A program made the translations under genes and the position numbers. From Patescibacteria group bacterium (GTDB lineage: Bacteria; Patescibacteriota; Patescibacteriia; Buchananbacterales; UBA6539), in NCBI GenBank assembly GCA_041649675.1, contig JBAZMQ010000002.1:1920-65919 (forward strand): a stretch of 64,000 nt of DNA, read 5' to 3'. A model generated the notes under the pieces. That model was not told where the DNA came from and did not search any database. It worked only from the letters and a program-made list of their open reading frames with translations. Numbering within the stretch: position 1 is the stretch's first letter; each line of letters begins with the position of its first letter. Shown here in pieces: positions 1-10,182 of this stretch.

Positions 1-207
1 AAAATTTTCCATGCCGCCACCGGATAAAATATTCATTATTCCTAAAAGCTGGTTGGAAGCAAAGAAATCTTTAAGGGCGGTAGCGTCAATGCCTGGAATT
101 GGAATGTGGGCAGCAATCCGAGAGATTACCAACATTGCCAAAACAAATAAAATACTGTTTCGTAAATCTTTAATTTTCCAAATTTGAATTATTTTTTTAA
201 ACCACAT
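1..207 (-). CDS. secY: Preprotein translocase SecY, N-terminal fragment (runs off window start)
   Basis: The minus-strand translation from the ATG at 205-207 reads MWFKKIIQIWKIKDLRNSILFVLAMLVISRIAAHIPIPGID, a typical SecY N-terminus. It lies downstream of rplO, as in spc operons. Confidence 0.7.
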   Translation of the reverse strand, partial: MWFKKIIQIWKIKDLRNSILFVLAMLVISRIAAHIPIPGIDATALKDFFASNQLLGIMNILSGGGMENF

Positions 208-232
208 GTAATTTTGTCGCTTTAACAAAATT

Positions 233-736
233 TTATTTAGCTATATTTTTAATTTTCTGTTTGCCTGGTTTTGGTCTTTTCCTTCTAACAATCAGTTGGA
301 CTTTACCGCCGGCTTTAGTTATTGCCGCTTTGGCGGAATCGGAAAATGAGTTGGCCACCACCGTAAATTTTTTGGTTAAATTACCTTCACCCAAAACTTT
401 TAGTCCAGACTTGCTTGGTTTAATTAACTTTTTACTAATCAATTTTTTGGCATAAATCAATTCACCATTTTCAAATATCTCATCAAGCTGTTTGATGTTA
501 ATAATCGCCATTTTTGGTCTTAAACTTCTAAAACCACCAAGCTTTGGTTTATTTCTTAATAGATTAACCAACCCTCGGCGTTTTAAACCACTCTTACCGC
601 CAGAACGAGATCTTTGACCCTTCATACCCCGACCGCTGTAAGTACCCCGGCCAGAAGCATTACCGCGACCGACCCGTCTGGTTTTCTTTTTGGCTTTTTT
701 ATTAATGCGTAAATTGTTTAAAGTTAATTCGGCCAT
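233..736 (-). CDS. rplO: 50S ribosomal protein L15
   Basis: Contains the GRGNASGRGTYSGRGMKGQ motif. Position is after S5 in the spc operon. Confidence 0.92.
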   Translation of the reverse strand: MAELTLNNLRINKKAKKKTRRVGRGNASGRGTYSGRGMKGQRSRSGGKSGLKRRGLVNLLRNKPKLGGFRSLRPKMAIINIKQLDEIFENGELIYAKKLISKKLIKPSKSGLKVLGEGNLTKKFTVVANSFSDSAKAAITKAGGKVQLIVRRKRPKPGKQKIKNIAK

Positions 737-747
737 AAAATTTATTT

Positions 748-1323
748 TTAGCTTTTGCTCTCTAATTTTTCTTTAATAACCTCTTCGGTCTTTTTTGACT
801 CTTTCTGCTTATTAGAAACTTTTGGTTCAATCCGCTTTAATTTTCTTAAACCCTTAAGCGCAGCATTAACATTGTTAAGTTTATTTTTTGAACCTAAAGC
901 TTTAGCTACCACATTAGAAACTCCGGCTAAGTCTAAAACCACCCGAACTGCTCCACCAGCAATAATACCAGTACCTTTAGGCGCTGGTTTCAATAAAATC
1001 CGAGCCGCACCGGATTTAACCAAAACCTGATGAGGAATTGTTTCATTAATCATCGGCACAGTCACCATATTCTTTTTAGCTTTAACTAAAGCTTTATTAA
1101 CAGCTAAGGTAACATCAGCCCCCTTGGCCACGGCCGCGCCAACCTTACCTTTATGGTCACCAATGACTAAGCAAGCCCGAAATCTCATTCTTTTACCGCC
1201 AGCCATTACCCGCGTTACCCGAGAAATATCAACAATTGTTTGATCATACTCTCTTTCTTCTCGAGCATCTCTTCGGTTATTGTCTCTTGGTCTTCTTTGA
1301 TTATTTTGATTATTTGTAACCAT
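748..1323 (-). CDS. rpsE: 30S ribosomal protein S5 (with N- and C-terminal extensions)
   Basis: S5 core RVTRVMAGGKRMRFRACLVIGDHKGKVG. It is directly adjacent to L15, with no L30 gene in between. Confidence 0.92.
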   Translation of the reverse strand: MVTNNQNNQRRPRDNNRRDAREEREYDQTIVDISRVTRVMAGGKRMRFRACLVIGDHKGKVGAAVAKGADVTLAVNKALVKAKKNMVTVPMINETIPHQVLVKSGAARILLKPAPKGTGIIAGGAVRVVLDLAGVSNVVAKALGSKNKLNNVNAALKGLRKLKRIEPKVSNKQKESKKTEEVIKEKLESKS

Positions 1324-1329
1324 ATATTT

Positions 1330-1689
1330 TTAAAATTTTAATCCGCCTTTTCTGGCTCCATCTGCCACGGCCTTAACCCGGCCATGATATAAATAAGACG
1401 ATTTATCAAAAACAACTTCTTTAATTCCGGCTTTCTCTGCTTTAGCCGCAATTAATTCTCCAACCTTAGCGGCTAATTCAATTTTAGTTCCCTTAAAACC
1501 TTTAACCTCTGTGCCTTTGGCGGAAACTAAAGTTTTACTTTTTTGATCATCAATTAATTGAACGTAAATACTTTTTAGGCTGCGAAATACACTCAAGCGG
1601 GGTCTTTTGGTAGTACCAGAAATCTTGGCGCGAACGCGCCCTTTTCTTCTTTGACTTTTTAATCTTTTATTAACTTCTTTTTTTGCCAT
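1330..1689 (-). CDS. rplR: 50S ribosomal protein L18
   Basis: L18-like sequence; operon position between L6 and S5. Confidence 0.9.
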   Translation of the reverse strand: MAKKEVNKRLKSQRRKGRVRAKISGTTKRPRLSVFRSLKSIYVQLIDDQKSKTLVSAKGTEVKGFKGTKIELAAKVGELIAAKAEKAGIKEVVFDKSSYLYHGRVKAVADGARKGGLKF

Positions 1690-1708
1690 ATTATTTAAAA
1701 TTTAAAAA

Positions 1709-2257
1709 CTAGCTTGAACCTTTAGCCGCAGCCTTACCAACCTTGCGAACAATTACTTCTTCTAAATACTTAATACCTTTACCTTTGTAAGGTTCTGGCT
1801 TTCTTAATAATCTAATTTCAGCGGCAATTTGGCCAATCGCCTGCTTATCAATACCCGAAATTGTAATCAAATTTTTCTCAACTTTAATTTCAATGCCTTT
1901 GGGAATATCATAGGCAATCGGATGAGAATAGCCTAAATTTAAATTCAAAACATTGCCAGCCACCGCGGCCTTATAGCCAACACCATTAATCTCTAACTGG
2001 CGGGAAAAACCTTTGGTCGTACCAATAACCATATTGTTGATTAAACGCTGAAACAAGCCCCAAAGAGAATTTTGCTTTTTTTCATCTGAATTTTTAACCG
2101 ATACGATTATTTCGTTATCCTTTTTTTCAACAATAACATCAGGGTGCAAACCTTGAGTTAATTCACCTTTTGGACCCTTAACTTTAATCTGGCCAGCCTG
2201 GATGTTAACTTGTACTCCGTCAGGAATAATAATAGGTTGTTTACCAATTCTGCTCAT
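1709..2257 (-). CDS. rplF: 50S ribosomal protein L6
   Basis: N-terminus MSRIGKQPIIIPDGV; operon order. Confidence 0.92.
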   Translation of the reverse strand: MSRIGKQPIIIPDGVQVNIQAGQIKVKGPKGELTQGLHPDVIVEKKDNEIIVSVKNSDEKKQNSLWGLFQRLINNMVIGTTKGFSRQLEINGVGYKAAVAGNVLNLNLGYSHPIAYDIPKGIEIKVEKNLITISGIDKQAIGQIAAEIRLLRKPEPYKGKGIKYLEEVIVRKVGKAAAKGSS

Positions 2258-2262
2258 AATTT

Positions 2263-2658
2263 TTAATATATTTCACAAATTACTTCACCACCCAAATTTT
2301 TCTTTTTGGCTTCTTTGTTAGTCATCAAACCCTGGGGGGTAGAAATAATCGCAATGCCTAAATTATTTAAAACTATCGGCAATTTATCTTTAGGAACATA
2401 AACCCGCCGGCCTGGTTTAGAAATCCGTTTCAAGTTTTCAATTGCCGGTTCTTTGCTGTTGTACTTTAAAACAATTCTAATTTCATTAAACTTACCACCA
2501 ACACCTTCAATCTTTTCTACTTGTTTAATGTAACCATTCTGTTTTAAAATTTCGGCAATGGCTATTTTAATTTTAGAAAAAGGCAAAACTACCTCTGGCT
2601 TTCTTACAGCCAGGGCATTTCTAATTCTTGTTAACATGTCAGCGATTGGATCAGTCAT
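2263..2658 (-). CDS. rpsH: 30S ribosomal protein S8
   Basis: N-terminus [15 protein letters not shown]. Confidence 0.92.
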   Translation of the reverse strand: MTDPIADMLTRIRNALAVRKPEVVLPFSKIKIAIAEILKQNGYIKQVEKIEGVGGKFNEIRIVLKYNSKEPAIENLKRISKPGRRVYVPKDKLPIVLNNLGIAIISTPQGLMTNKEAKKKNLGGEVICEIY

Positions 2659-2740
2659 ATATTTTTAGCTTTTAGCTGTTAGCTTTTAGCTTGTAGAAAA
2701 CTTAGCTACTTCCTACCAGCTACAAGCTACCAGCTAAATA

Positions 2741-2926
2741 CTACCAACTTGATTTCCTAATTCCGGGCAGTTGACCATTGCCGGCTAATTCGCGAAAACA
2801 AATCCGACAAAGATTAAAGTCGCGAATATAGGCCCGTCTTCGGCCACAACGCCAACAGCGCCTCACTATCCTGGAGGAATATTTTGGTTTCTTCTTTGAT
2901 TTTGCAATTTGTGCTTTAGTTGCCAT
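2741..2926 (-). CDS. rpsN: 30S ribosomal protein S14 type Z (zinc-binding, 61 aa)
   Basis: CWRCGRRRAYIRDFNLCRIC zinc motif; lies between L5 and S8. Confidence 0.88.
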   Translation of the reverse strand: MATKAQIAKSKKKPKYSSRIVRRCWRCGRRRAYIRDFNLCRICFRELAGNGQLPGIRKSSW

Positions 2927-2929
2927 ATT

Positions 2930-3469
2930 TTATTTGCTAAAAGGAAAGCCTAAATACTTTAATAATTCTAAGCCCTCTTCCCTGGTCTTAGCGGTTGTTA
3001 CGACCGAAATTTGCAAACCATGAACTTTTTCAATTTCATCGGATTTAATTTCCGGAAAAGAAATATGTTCTCTAAAACCAAGATTCAAATTACCTTTTTG
3101 ATCAACATTCTTTGCGTCTAGCCCTCTAAAGTCTCTAACCCGAGGCAAGGTAACGTTAACCAATTTATCTAAAAAATCATACATTCTTTTGCCCCGCAAA
3201 GTCACCATCATCCCAACAATTAGCCCTTCTCTGATTTTAAAATTAGAAATAGACTTTTTGGCTGCAGTTTTGACTGGCCGCTGACCGGTAATCCTTAACA
3301 AGGTATTTTCCGCTACTTCGTTAAACTTGGCATCCCTTAGCCCTTGGCCAGTACCAATATTAATAACAACCTTCTCAACCCGCGGTACCGCTAAATTATT
3401 TTTATAACTAAACTTTTCCTTAAGGGCAGGAATAATTTTTTTCTGATATTGTTCTTGCAAACGACTCAT
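2930..3469 (-). CDS. rplE: 50S ribosomal protein L5
   Basis: L5-like sequence; operon order. Confidence 0.92.
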   Translation of the reverse strand: MSRLQEQYQKKIIPALKEKFSYKNNLAVPRVEKVVINIGTGQGLRDAKFNEVAENTLLRITGQRPVKTAAKKSISNFKIREGLIVGMMVTLRGKRMYDFLDKLVNVTLPRVRDFRGLDAKNVDQKGNLNLGFREHISFPEIKSDEIEKVHGLQISVVTTAKTREEGLELLKYLGFPFSK

Positions 3470-3480
3470 AATTTTATAAA

Positions 3481-3789
3481 CTAAATTATTTCCTTACATT
3501 TATTACAAATTCTTGATTTCTTTTTATTCTCCAAAAATTTATAGCCAACTTTACCAATACTACCACATTTAGGACAAATTAATGCAACATTACTGACAGC
3601 CATAGCTGCTGGAAATTGAATCCGCTGGCCTTTTTCTCCTTGCTTTTTCGGCCGCATATTTTTATACATTAAATTTATCCCTTCAACTGAAAGTTTATTT
3701 TTTTCAACAAAAATCTGCAACACTTTTCCAGTTTTACCTTTATCTTTGCCAGCTAATATTTTTACTTTATCACCTTTTTTGATCTTCAT
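3481..3789 (-). CDS. rplX: 50S ribosomal protein L24 with C-terminal CxxC...CxxC zinc-ribbon-like tail
   Basis: KOW N-terminus KGDKVKILAGKDKGKTGKV. The C-terminus CPKCGSIGKVGYKFLENKKKSRICNKCKE replaces the usual L24 tail. Confidence 0.88.
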   Translation of the reverse strand: MKIKKGDKVKILAGKDKGKTGKVLQIFVEKNKLSVEGINLMYKNMRPKKQGEKGQRIQFPAAMAVSNVALICPKCGSIGKVGYKFLENKKKSRICNKCKEII

Positions 3790-3793
3790 AAAT

Positions 3794-4165
3794 TTATAAT
3801 ACCTCGGGGGCTAAAGAAATTATTTTTGTAAAACCCTGATTTCTCAATTCACGAGCCACTGGCCCAAAGATACGGGTTCCTTTCGGCTCTTTATTCTTCT
3901 TGTCAATAATAACAGCGGCATTATCATCAAACCGGACATAAGAACCGTCTGACCGCCGAGTTTCTTTCCTGGTTCTAACCACAACCGCGTGCAAAACTTC
4001 ACCTTTTTTAACCATACTATGAGGAACAGCTTCTTTAACCGAAACCGTAATAATATCACCCACACCGGCATATCGTCTTTTATAGCCATTCAAAACCTTA
4101 ATACATTGGATCTTTTTAGCTCCAGTATTATCGGCGACTTTTAACATTGTTCGTAATTGCACCAT
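3794..4165 (-). CDS. rplN: 50S ribosomal protein L14
   Basis: N-terminus [18 protein letters not shown]. Confidence 0.92.
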   Translation of the reverse strand: MVQLRTMLKVADNTGAKKIQCIKVLNGYKRRYAGVGDIITVSVKEAVPHSMVKKGEVLHAVVVRTRKETRRSDGSYVRFDDNAAVIIDKKNKEPKGTRIFGPVARELRNQGFTKIISLAPEVL

Positions 4166-4175
4166 AGGTCAAAAA

Positions 4176-4442
4176 TTATGAATTCTTCTTATTTTTAGAT
4201 AATACTCGCCAACGTTTCTCTTTACTAATCGGCCGGCATTCAATAAAAGACACAACCTCACCGACCTTATATTCATTGGCTTGATCATGAACTTTATATT
4301 TTTTTGAAACAATATAACGCTTTAGATACTTTGGATGAACTTTGGTATTTTTCACTTCAACCACAATAGTTTTGTCGTTTTTATTGGACACAACCGTACC
4401 TTCAAATTTTTTCCTGATTATTTTTTTAGAATTGTTAGTCAT
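4176..4442 (-). CDS. rpsQ: 30S ribosomal protein S17
   Basis: S17-like sequence; operon order. Confidence 0.88.
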   Translation of the reverse strand: MTNNSKKIIRKKFEGTVVSNKNDKTIVVEVKNTKVHPKYLKRYIVSKKYKVHDQANEYKVGEVVSFIECRPISKEKRWRVLSKNKKNS

Positions 4443-4447
4443 AAAAA

Positions 4448-4678
4448 TTATTTGGCTTCTTTAGTATCTTTCTTTTTGGAATTTAATAAAAATAACACTT
4501 CCGCAATTATTTTTCTGGTTTTCTTAATTTCGTGAACATTTTTCAATTGATTAGAAGCAACTTTAAACCTCAACTCACGAATTTTTTCTCTTGAGTCGCT
4601 CAAAATTTTCTGCAGTTCTTTTTCAGTTAAATTTTTTAATTCTTTATATTTCATAATTGCTAAATTATTTGACAACAA
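4448..4678 (-). CDS. rpmC: 50S ribosomal protein L29
   Basis: Small helical protein between L16 and S17. Confidence 0.85.
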   Translation of the reverse strand: MLSNNLAIMKYKELKNLTEKELQKILSDSREKIRELRFKVASNQLKNVHEIKKTRKIIAEVLFLLNSKKKDTKEAK

Positions 4679-5069
4679 AACTAGTTTTTACCGGTAATTT
4701 ATGAGCGGCTAATCTCATAGCTTCTTTAGCTGTTTCTTCCGGTACACCATCCATTTCAAATAAAATCCGACCTGGTTTAATAACGGCAACATAATGATCA
4801 ACCGGACCCTTGCCTGAACCCATAGTTGATTGCTCACCTTTTTGGGTCACTGGTTTGTCAGGAAAAATCCGAATCCAAACCTTACCATCTCGGCGAATAA
4901 AACGAGTAATGGCTCGGCGGGAAGCTTCAATCTGCCTGGCCGTTAACCAACAATTACCTAAAGCTTTCAGGGCGTATTTGCCGAAATTAATCTCAGTCCC
5001 GGCAGTGGCATTGCCTCTAAAAACTCCTTTATGCTGTTTTCTATGTTTTATCTTTCTTGGCGACAACAT
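4665..5069 (-). CDS. rplP: 50S ribosomal protein L16
   Basis: N-terminus [15 protein letters not shown]. Confidence 0.92.
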   Translation of the reverse strand: MLSPRKIKHRKQHKGVFRGNATAGTEINFGKYALKALGNCWLTARQIEASRRAITRFIRRDGKVWIRIFPDKPVTQKGEQSTMGSGKGPVDHYVAVIKPGRILFEMDGVPEETAKEAMRLAAHKLPVKTSFVVK

Positions 5070-5071
5070 AT

Positions 5072-5761
5072 TTATTTACTATTACTTTTTTCTTTAATCT
5101 CTTTAGTATCGACTCTCTCTTTATCTTTTTTAAAAACTTGCCCTTTGTAAATCCAAACTTTTACGCCAATCGCACCATAAGTGGTTCGAGCCACTCCCCG
5201 GGAATAATCAATATCAGCTCTTAAAGTGTGCAAAGGCAAACTGCCGGAAGTTAAAGTTTCAGTTCTGGCAATTTCCGCACCATTCAAGCGACCGGAAATT
5301 ATAACTTTTATCCCTTTAGCATTAGCTTTTTCCACCTTGCCAATCGCCTGTTTCATTGCCCGGCGATAAGGAATACGTTTTTCAATATCAGCAATAATGG
5401 CTTGAACAATCAATTCGGAAACTAAGTTTGGATTACTGACTTCTTTAATGTTGATATTCAAACTACTCTTGGGATCTAAAAATTTAGCTTTGATCTTTTT
5501 CTTTAAATCTTCCACGCCTTGTCCCCCACGACCGATAATAACACCCGGTTTGGCGGAATGAATAATAACAGTTGTAACCGTAGCCGATCTTTCAATATCA
5601 ATTTGCGCTACAGCCGCATCTTTTAATTCTTTTGCCAAAAACTTTTTAATTAAAATATCCTGCCGTAAAAATTTAGAATAATCCTTGCGGGAAAACCATT
5701 TAGAATTCCAACCGTAAAGGGTACCGATACGAAATATTTTTGGATGTACTTTGTGTCCCAT
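5072..5761 (-). CDS. rpsC: 30S ribosomal protein S3
   Basis: KH domain; operon order. Confidence 0.92.
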   Translation of the reverse strand: MGHKVHPKIFRIGTLYGWNSKWFSRKDYSKFLRQDILIKKFLAKELKDAAVAQIDIERSATVTTVIIHSAKPGVIIGRGGQGVEDLKKKIKAKFLDPKSSLNINIKEVSNPNLVSELIVQAIIADIEKRIPYRRAMKQAIGKVEKANAKGIKVIISGRLNGAEIARTETLTSGSLPLHTLRADIDYSRGVARTTYGAIGVKVWIYKGQVFKKDKERVDTKEIKEKSNSK

Positions 5762-5781
5762 AGTATATAATAATTAATTGA

Positions 5782-6387
5782 CTAACCTGTTTTACGCTGA
5801 AATACGCCCTTCAAAAAGCCCTTACTCTCTTTGCCGGAACCGGCCTTTGGACCCTTGGAAGAATTTTTATTAATATCTTTCTTTATTTCATCGGGATTGA
5901 CTACTTTAATATCTTCGGACTTATTATCTTTCTTGACTACCGCTTTCTTTTTAGCCCCGACCCGAACACCTAAAATTAAATCTAGATGGCAAGTCCGCTT
6001 ATGAATTGGCGCTGACCGACCATGAGCCCTGGGCATAAAACGTTTTAATACCGGACCGGCATTGGCCGTAATGGTTTTAATATACAAATCTTGCTTGTCT
6101 AATTGAAAATTATTTTCAGCGTTAGCAATGGCGGAATTCAAAAGCTTAATTACCGGCTTAGAAGCCGCCTTATTAACAAAACGCAAACTGTCTAAAGCTT
6201 TTAAAACTTCAAAACCGCGCAACTGATTAATCACCAGTCTTACCTTTTTGGCTGACATATGCAAATACCGGGCCGAGGCTTTAACTTCGGTCACTTCTTT
6301 TTTCTTGCTTTTGGCCGGTTTTTCTTTTTTACTGTCAACTTTAGCAACTTCGGCTTTGGCTTCTGATTTTTTAATATCTTTTTCCAT
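5782..6387 (-). CDS. rplV: 50S ribosomal protein L22 (201 aa, Lys-rich N- and C-terminal extensions)
   Basis: Core ASARYLHMSAKKVRLVINQLRG. It is roughly twice the usual L22 length. Confidence 0.9.
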   Translation of the reverse strand: MEKDIKKSEAKAEVAKVDSKKEKPAKSKKKEVTEVKASARYLHMSAKKVRLVINQLRGFEVLKALDSLRFVNKAASKPVIKLLNSAIANAENNFQLDKQDLYIKTITANAGPVLKRFMPRAHGRSAPIHKRTCHLDLILGVRVGAKKKAVVKKDNKSEDIKVVNPDEIKKDINKNSSKGPKAGSGKESKGFLKGVFQRKTG

Positions 6388-6406
6388 AAACTATATAAAT
6401 ATTAAC

Positions 6407-6751
6407 TTACTTCTTAGTCGTAGTCGCGGCGGCTTGGGCTTTTTGCCTTTCAGCTGAGGCTTTATCAGCAGCAGCTTTGGCTTCTTCTTTAGCCATTTTA
6501 CCACCGTGGCCGTGGAAGGTTCGGGTCGGAGAAAATTCACCTAAACGATGGCCAACCATATTCTCAACAATTAAAACCGGGACATGTTTTCGGCCATCAT
6601 GAACGCCGATCGTATAACCAACCATTTCCGGTGTAATTTGACAGGCTCGATCCCAAGTTTTAATTACAACCTTATCACCAATTCTAACCTTAGAAATCTT
6701 TTTTAATAATCTTTCGTTAATGTATGGACCTTTTTTTAAACTTCTAGACAT
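6407..6751 (-). CDS. rpsS: 30S ribosomal protein S19 (C-terminal Ala/Lys-rich extension)
   Basis: N-terminus [12 protein letters not shown]...GHRLGEF. Confidence 0.92.
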   Translation of the reverse strand: MSRSLKKGPYINERLLKKISKVRIGDKVVIKTWDRACQITPEMVGYTIGVHDGRKHVPVLIVENMVGHRLGEFSPTRTFHGHGGKMAKEEAKAAADKASAERQKAQAAATTTKK

Positions 6752-6767
6752 AACTTTTCAAATTAAA

Positions 6768-7613
6768 TTATTTTCTTCGTTTCTTCTTTCGTCTTTGGAT
6801 AATAAATTTATCTGAATATTTATTATTTTTTCGGGTTAACACGCCTAAAGCTTTTTTGCCCCAAGGCGTTTTTGGCGCTTTCATACCAATTGGATTATGA
6901 CCTTCACCGCCACCATGAGGGTGATCAACCGGGTTCATTACCTTACCTCTGACCGTTGGCCGAATACCTAAATGACGGTTACGACCGGCTTTACCAATCC
7001 GAATATGCATTGCATCAGGGTTAGAAACCTGGCCAATTGTTGCTAAACACTCAGCCGAAATTAATCTGACTTCAGTTGATGGCATTTTAATATTAGCCTG
7101 TCCGCCTTCAACGGCCATTAATTTGGCGGCTGAACCGGCAGTTCTAACTAGTTGGCCACCTTTGCCCGGGGCAATTTCAATTTCGTAAATCATTGAACCT
7201 AAAGGCAAATATTTCAAAGGCATCCGATTGCCGACTTTATATTCAACTTGATTCTTTGAAGAAACAACTTGGTCACCAATTTTTAAATCCACCGGAGCCA
7301 CCATATAGGCTTTTTGACCGTCCTGATATTGAATTAAAGCAATTCTTGCCCGACGGTTTGGATCATATTCAAGAGCCAAAACCGTAGCCGGTATATCAAA
7401 TTTGTATCTTTTGTAATCAATTAAACGATAATATTGTTTAGCGCCGCCACCTTGATGACGAACAGTAATTTTACCGCTAGAATTGCGGCCGCCTTTTTTC
7501 TTTTTGATTCTGATTAACTTTCTCTCTGGCGCCTTTTTAGTGATATCGGCAAAAGTATCAACCGAGGTTTTTCGGCGAGCCGGAGAAGTTGGTTTGTATA
7601 TTCTGATTGGCAT
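6768..7613 (-). CDS. rplB: 50S ribosomal protein L2
   Basis: L2-like sequence; operon order. Confidence 0.93.
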   Translation of the reverse strand: MPIRIYKPTSPARRKTSVDTFADITKKAPERKLIRIKKKKGGRNSSGKITVRHQGGGAKQYYRLIDYKRYKFDIPATVLALEYDPNRRARIALIQYQDGQKAYMVAPVDLKIGDQVVSSKNQVEYKVGNRMPLKYLPLGSMIYEIEIAPGKGGQLVRTAGSAAKLMAVEGGQANIKMPSTEVRLISAECLATIGQVSNPDAMHIRIGKAGRNRHLGIRPTVRGKVMNPVDHPHGGGEGHNPIGMKAPKTPWGKKALGVLTRKNNKYSDKFIIQRRKKKRRK

Positions 7614-7645
7614 GTTAACTGTTAAATATTAATGGTTAATTGTTA

Positions 7646-8086
7646 TTAGACTCCTTCGTAAACTTCAATCTTATCACCTGGTTTTAAAGTTACGATGGCT
7701 TTTTTCCAATTTTTAGTTTTACCTTCAACTTGGCCATAACGAACATATTTACCCGAAAAGTTAGAAATATTAACCGCTACTGGATTAACCTTATAAATTG
7801 TCCTTATTGCCTTTTTTACTTCTACTTTATTCATTTTCGGATTGATAACAAAAACATATTTATTCAAAGCATTTAAAAAAGTGACTTTTTCTGTTACCAA
7901 AGGCTTAACCAAAACCCGATAAGCCTGAGTCGTAGTTCCCTTCAAGGCTTCCGGCTTACCCGCTGGCTTTTGGTCTTTAACAACAGACTTAACTGATTCT
8001 GATTTAACTGAAACTTTAGGCTGAGCTGCAATCTTGGTCTTTGCCTCGTCTTCTTTTTTAGTTTTGGCTTTATTAAAAATTCCCAT
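7646..8086 (-). CDS. rplW: 50S ribosomal protein L23 (N-terminal extension)
   Basis: L23 core in the C-terminal half; operon order. Confidence 0.88.
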   Translation of the reverse strand: MGIFNKAKTKKEDEAKTKIAAQPKVSVKSESVKSVVKDQKPAGKPEALKGTTTQAYRVLVKPLVTEKVTFLNALNKYVFVINPKMNKVEVKKAIRTIYKVNPVAVNISNFSGKYVRYGQVEGKTKNWKKAIVTLKPGDKIEVYEGV

Positions 8087-8091
8087 ATTGA

Positions 8092-8793
8092 TTATTTAAC
8101 AAAAGTTTTTTCAATTACGGCTAACGATTCAACCGGTAACAATAAATAATTAGCATGCAAGACATCTAAAACATTTAGACTGTCGGCTAAAATCATATCC
8201 AATCGATCAATGTTTCTGGCAGCCCGCCAAAGCTTAAGATCTTGTTTTGGTAAAACCACTAAAACTTTCTTGGCCGGTTTTTTCTTTTCTTTTGGCTTTT
8301 TATCAGAACTTTCATCTTTTTTCTTAGCAATTTTCTTTTTGTCCCGCAAATTCAAATTCTTCAGGATTTCAAAAAACTTTTTAGTTTTAACTTGTTCCAA
8401 TTCTAATTTATCTACTAAAACAATTTTTTCATTAAGCGCTTTATCCGACAAAGTCATCAAGATTGCTTTACGTTTAGCTTTCTTATTAATCTTAAGCGAA
8501 AAATTACGATCACTAGTTGGACCAAAGGTAATGCCACCACCACGCCAGAGCGGAGACCTAATTGAACCATGACGAGCACGACCAGTTCCCTTTTGTCGCC
8601 AAGGTTTTCTACCGCCACCAGCCACTTCACTTTTGTCTTTAGTATCGGCTAAAACTTGCCGCTGATTGGCTTGCAAAGTAACGACTGCCTGGGTGATTAA
8701 CTCTGGTTTAATTTTTACTTCAAAAACTGCTGGATTCAATTCCACTTCTTTAATCTTTTCACCAGTTAAGTTGTAAACAGTAGTTTTTATCAT
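8092..8793 (-). CDS. rplD: 50S ribosomal protein L4 (Lys-rich C-terminal extension)
   Basis: L4-like sequence; operon order. Confidence 0.9.
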   Translation of the reverse strand: MIKTTVYNLTGEKIKEVELNPAVFEVKIKPELITQAVVTLQANQRQVLADTKDKSEVAGGGRKPWRQKGTGRARHGSIRSPLWRGGGITFGPTSDRNFSLKINKKAKRKAILMTLSDKALNEKIVLVDKLELEQVKTKKFFEILKNLNLRDKKKIAKKKDESSDKKPKEKKKPAKKVLVVLPKQDLKLWRAARNIDRLDMILADSLNVLDVLHANYLLLPVESLAVIEKTFVK

Positions 8794-8796
8794 AAA

Positions 8797-9546
8797 TTAT
8801 TCAACTTTAGTATTTTCTTGTGGTTTATCTTTAGTTTCTTCAAATCCGGAAACGGCTTTGGCCTCAACTACTTCAGCTTTCGGTGTTAGTTCGGCCTTTT
8901 TGCTTTCGGTTTCTTTTGTTTCAACAATTACATCACCAACTCCTGAAATCAACAGTAAATAACCAATGGCTCCAGGCACTCCGCCTTTAACAAAAATTTC
9001 GTTAGTCTCGGGATTAACTTCAACTACCTCTAGATTTGTAACGGTGACTAACTCATCGCCCATGTGACCAGACATTCTTTTTCCCTTAAAAACATGTTGT
9101 GGACCACCGGCGCCACTTGAACCTGGCATTCGGTGCTGGTCTTTATGACCGTGAGTAGCCGGACTACCATGAAAACCATGGCGTTTAACCACACCCTGAA
9201 AACCTTTACCCTTAGAAGTGCCGCTGACTTTAACAATATCACCAGCAGCAAACGTTTTGGCAGTAATCAAATTGCCCACCGCTAACTTTTTTTCATCTTC
9301 AGCCTGAATTCTAAATTCTTTCAAATATCGGAAATTTCCTAAATTTTTTACATGTCCCTTGAGAGCCTTACCAATTTTCTTTTTTGAACCAAATCCTAAC
9401 TGAACGGCGGTATAACCATCGTTTTTATCAGATTTAACCTGGGTGATAACGCAGGGACCAGCCAATAACCGAGTAACGGCAATAACATCTCCGTTTTCGG
9501 CAAATTTCTGGGTCATTTCTTTTTTTTCAGCTAAGATAAACTTCAT
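8797..9546 (-). CDS. rplC: 50S ribosomal protein L3 (acidic C-terminal extension)
   Basis: L3-like sequence; operon order. Confidence 0.92.
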   Translation of the reverse strand: MKFILAEKKEMTQKFAENGDVIAVTRLLAGPCVITQVKSDKNDGYTAVQLGFGSKKKIGKALKGHVKNLGNFRYLKEFRIQAEDEKKLAVGNLITAKTFAAGDIVKVSGTSKGKGFQGVVKRHGFHGSPATHGHKDQHRMPGSSGAGGPQHVFKGKRMSGHMGDELVTVTNLEVVEVNPETNEIFVKGGVPGAIGYLLLISGVGDVIVETKETESKKAELTPKAEVVEAKAVSGFEETKDKPQENTKVE

Positions 9547-9756
9547 ATTTAATAAAAAATAAAATCTGCCTCAAAAAGCCAGATATAAAAACCCGCTGGC
9601 AAATTGTTTGGCTAATTTTTAGGAAATTTCTAATCTCCTTATTTATACTTTTGAAGCAACAAAGGTTATTTTTCTGGTTTTGGCCAGAAAAAGCTTTCTT
9701 TGTTTCCTCAAACTATAATATTTCAATTTACTGATTCTTAAAATAATTACTTAAGC

Positions 9757-10125
9757 TTAAGCCATTTTAATCTCAACGTCAACACCGGCTGGCAAATTCA
9801 GGTTAGTCAGCGAATCAACTGTTTTGGGGTTAGGGTCTAAAATGTCCAATAAACGCTTATGAATACGCATTTCGTATTGATCCCGGGCATCTTTATGAAC
9901 AAAAGATGATTTTAAGACAGTGTACTTTTTCTTTTCCGTTGGCAAAGGAATGGGACCTAAAACCTTCGCGCCAGTTCTAGCAACTGTCTCCATAATCGTT
10001 TTGGTGGACTGATCAATAATTTTATGATCGTAAGCCCGAATTTTAATTCTAATTTTCTGTTTGCTATCCTCGGCTTCTTCCGGATTAATTCGGGAAGAAA
10101 CAGGAACTTTCTTAATTGCTACCAT
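9757..10125 (-). CDS. rpsJ: 30S ribosomal protein S10
   Basis: N-terminus [18 protein letters not shown]. Confidence 0.92.
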   Translation of the reverse strand: MVAIKKVPVSSRINPEEAEDSKQKIRIKIRAYDHKIIDQSTKTIMETVARTGAKVLGPIPLPTEKKKYTVLKSSFVHKDARDQYEMRIHKRLLDILDPNPKTVDSLTNLNLPAGVDVEIKMA

Positions 10126-10140
10126 GTAGTTTAAAGAACT

Positions 10141-10170
10141 TATCCCTGCCCCCTTTTTGGGGAGGCAGGG
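10141..10170 (-). terminator. Hairpin CCCTGCC...GGCAGGG between tuf and rpsJ (terminator / attenuator of tuf transcript)
   Basis: G+C-rich inverted repeat with a T/A run, in the 57-nt tuf-rpsJ spacer. Confidence 0.5.
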
Positions 10171-10182
10171 TCATTTTATTAG

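Noticed and set aside
3844-4089. 81-aa ORF inside rplN and similar short ORFs overlapping r-protein genes (261, 755, 4335, 4810, 6248, 7193, 8210, 9048)
   Set aside because: They are nested in or antisense to highly conserved ribosomal protein genes.
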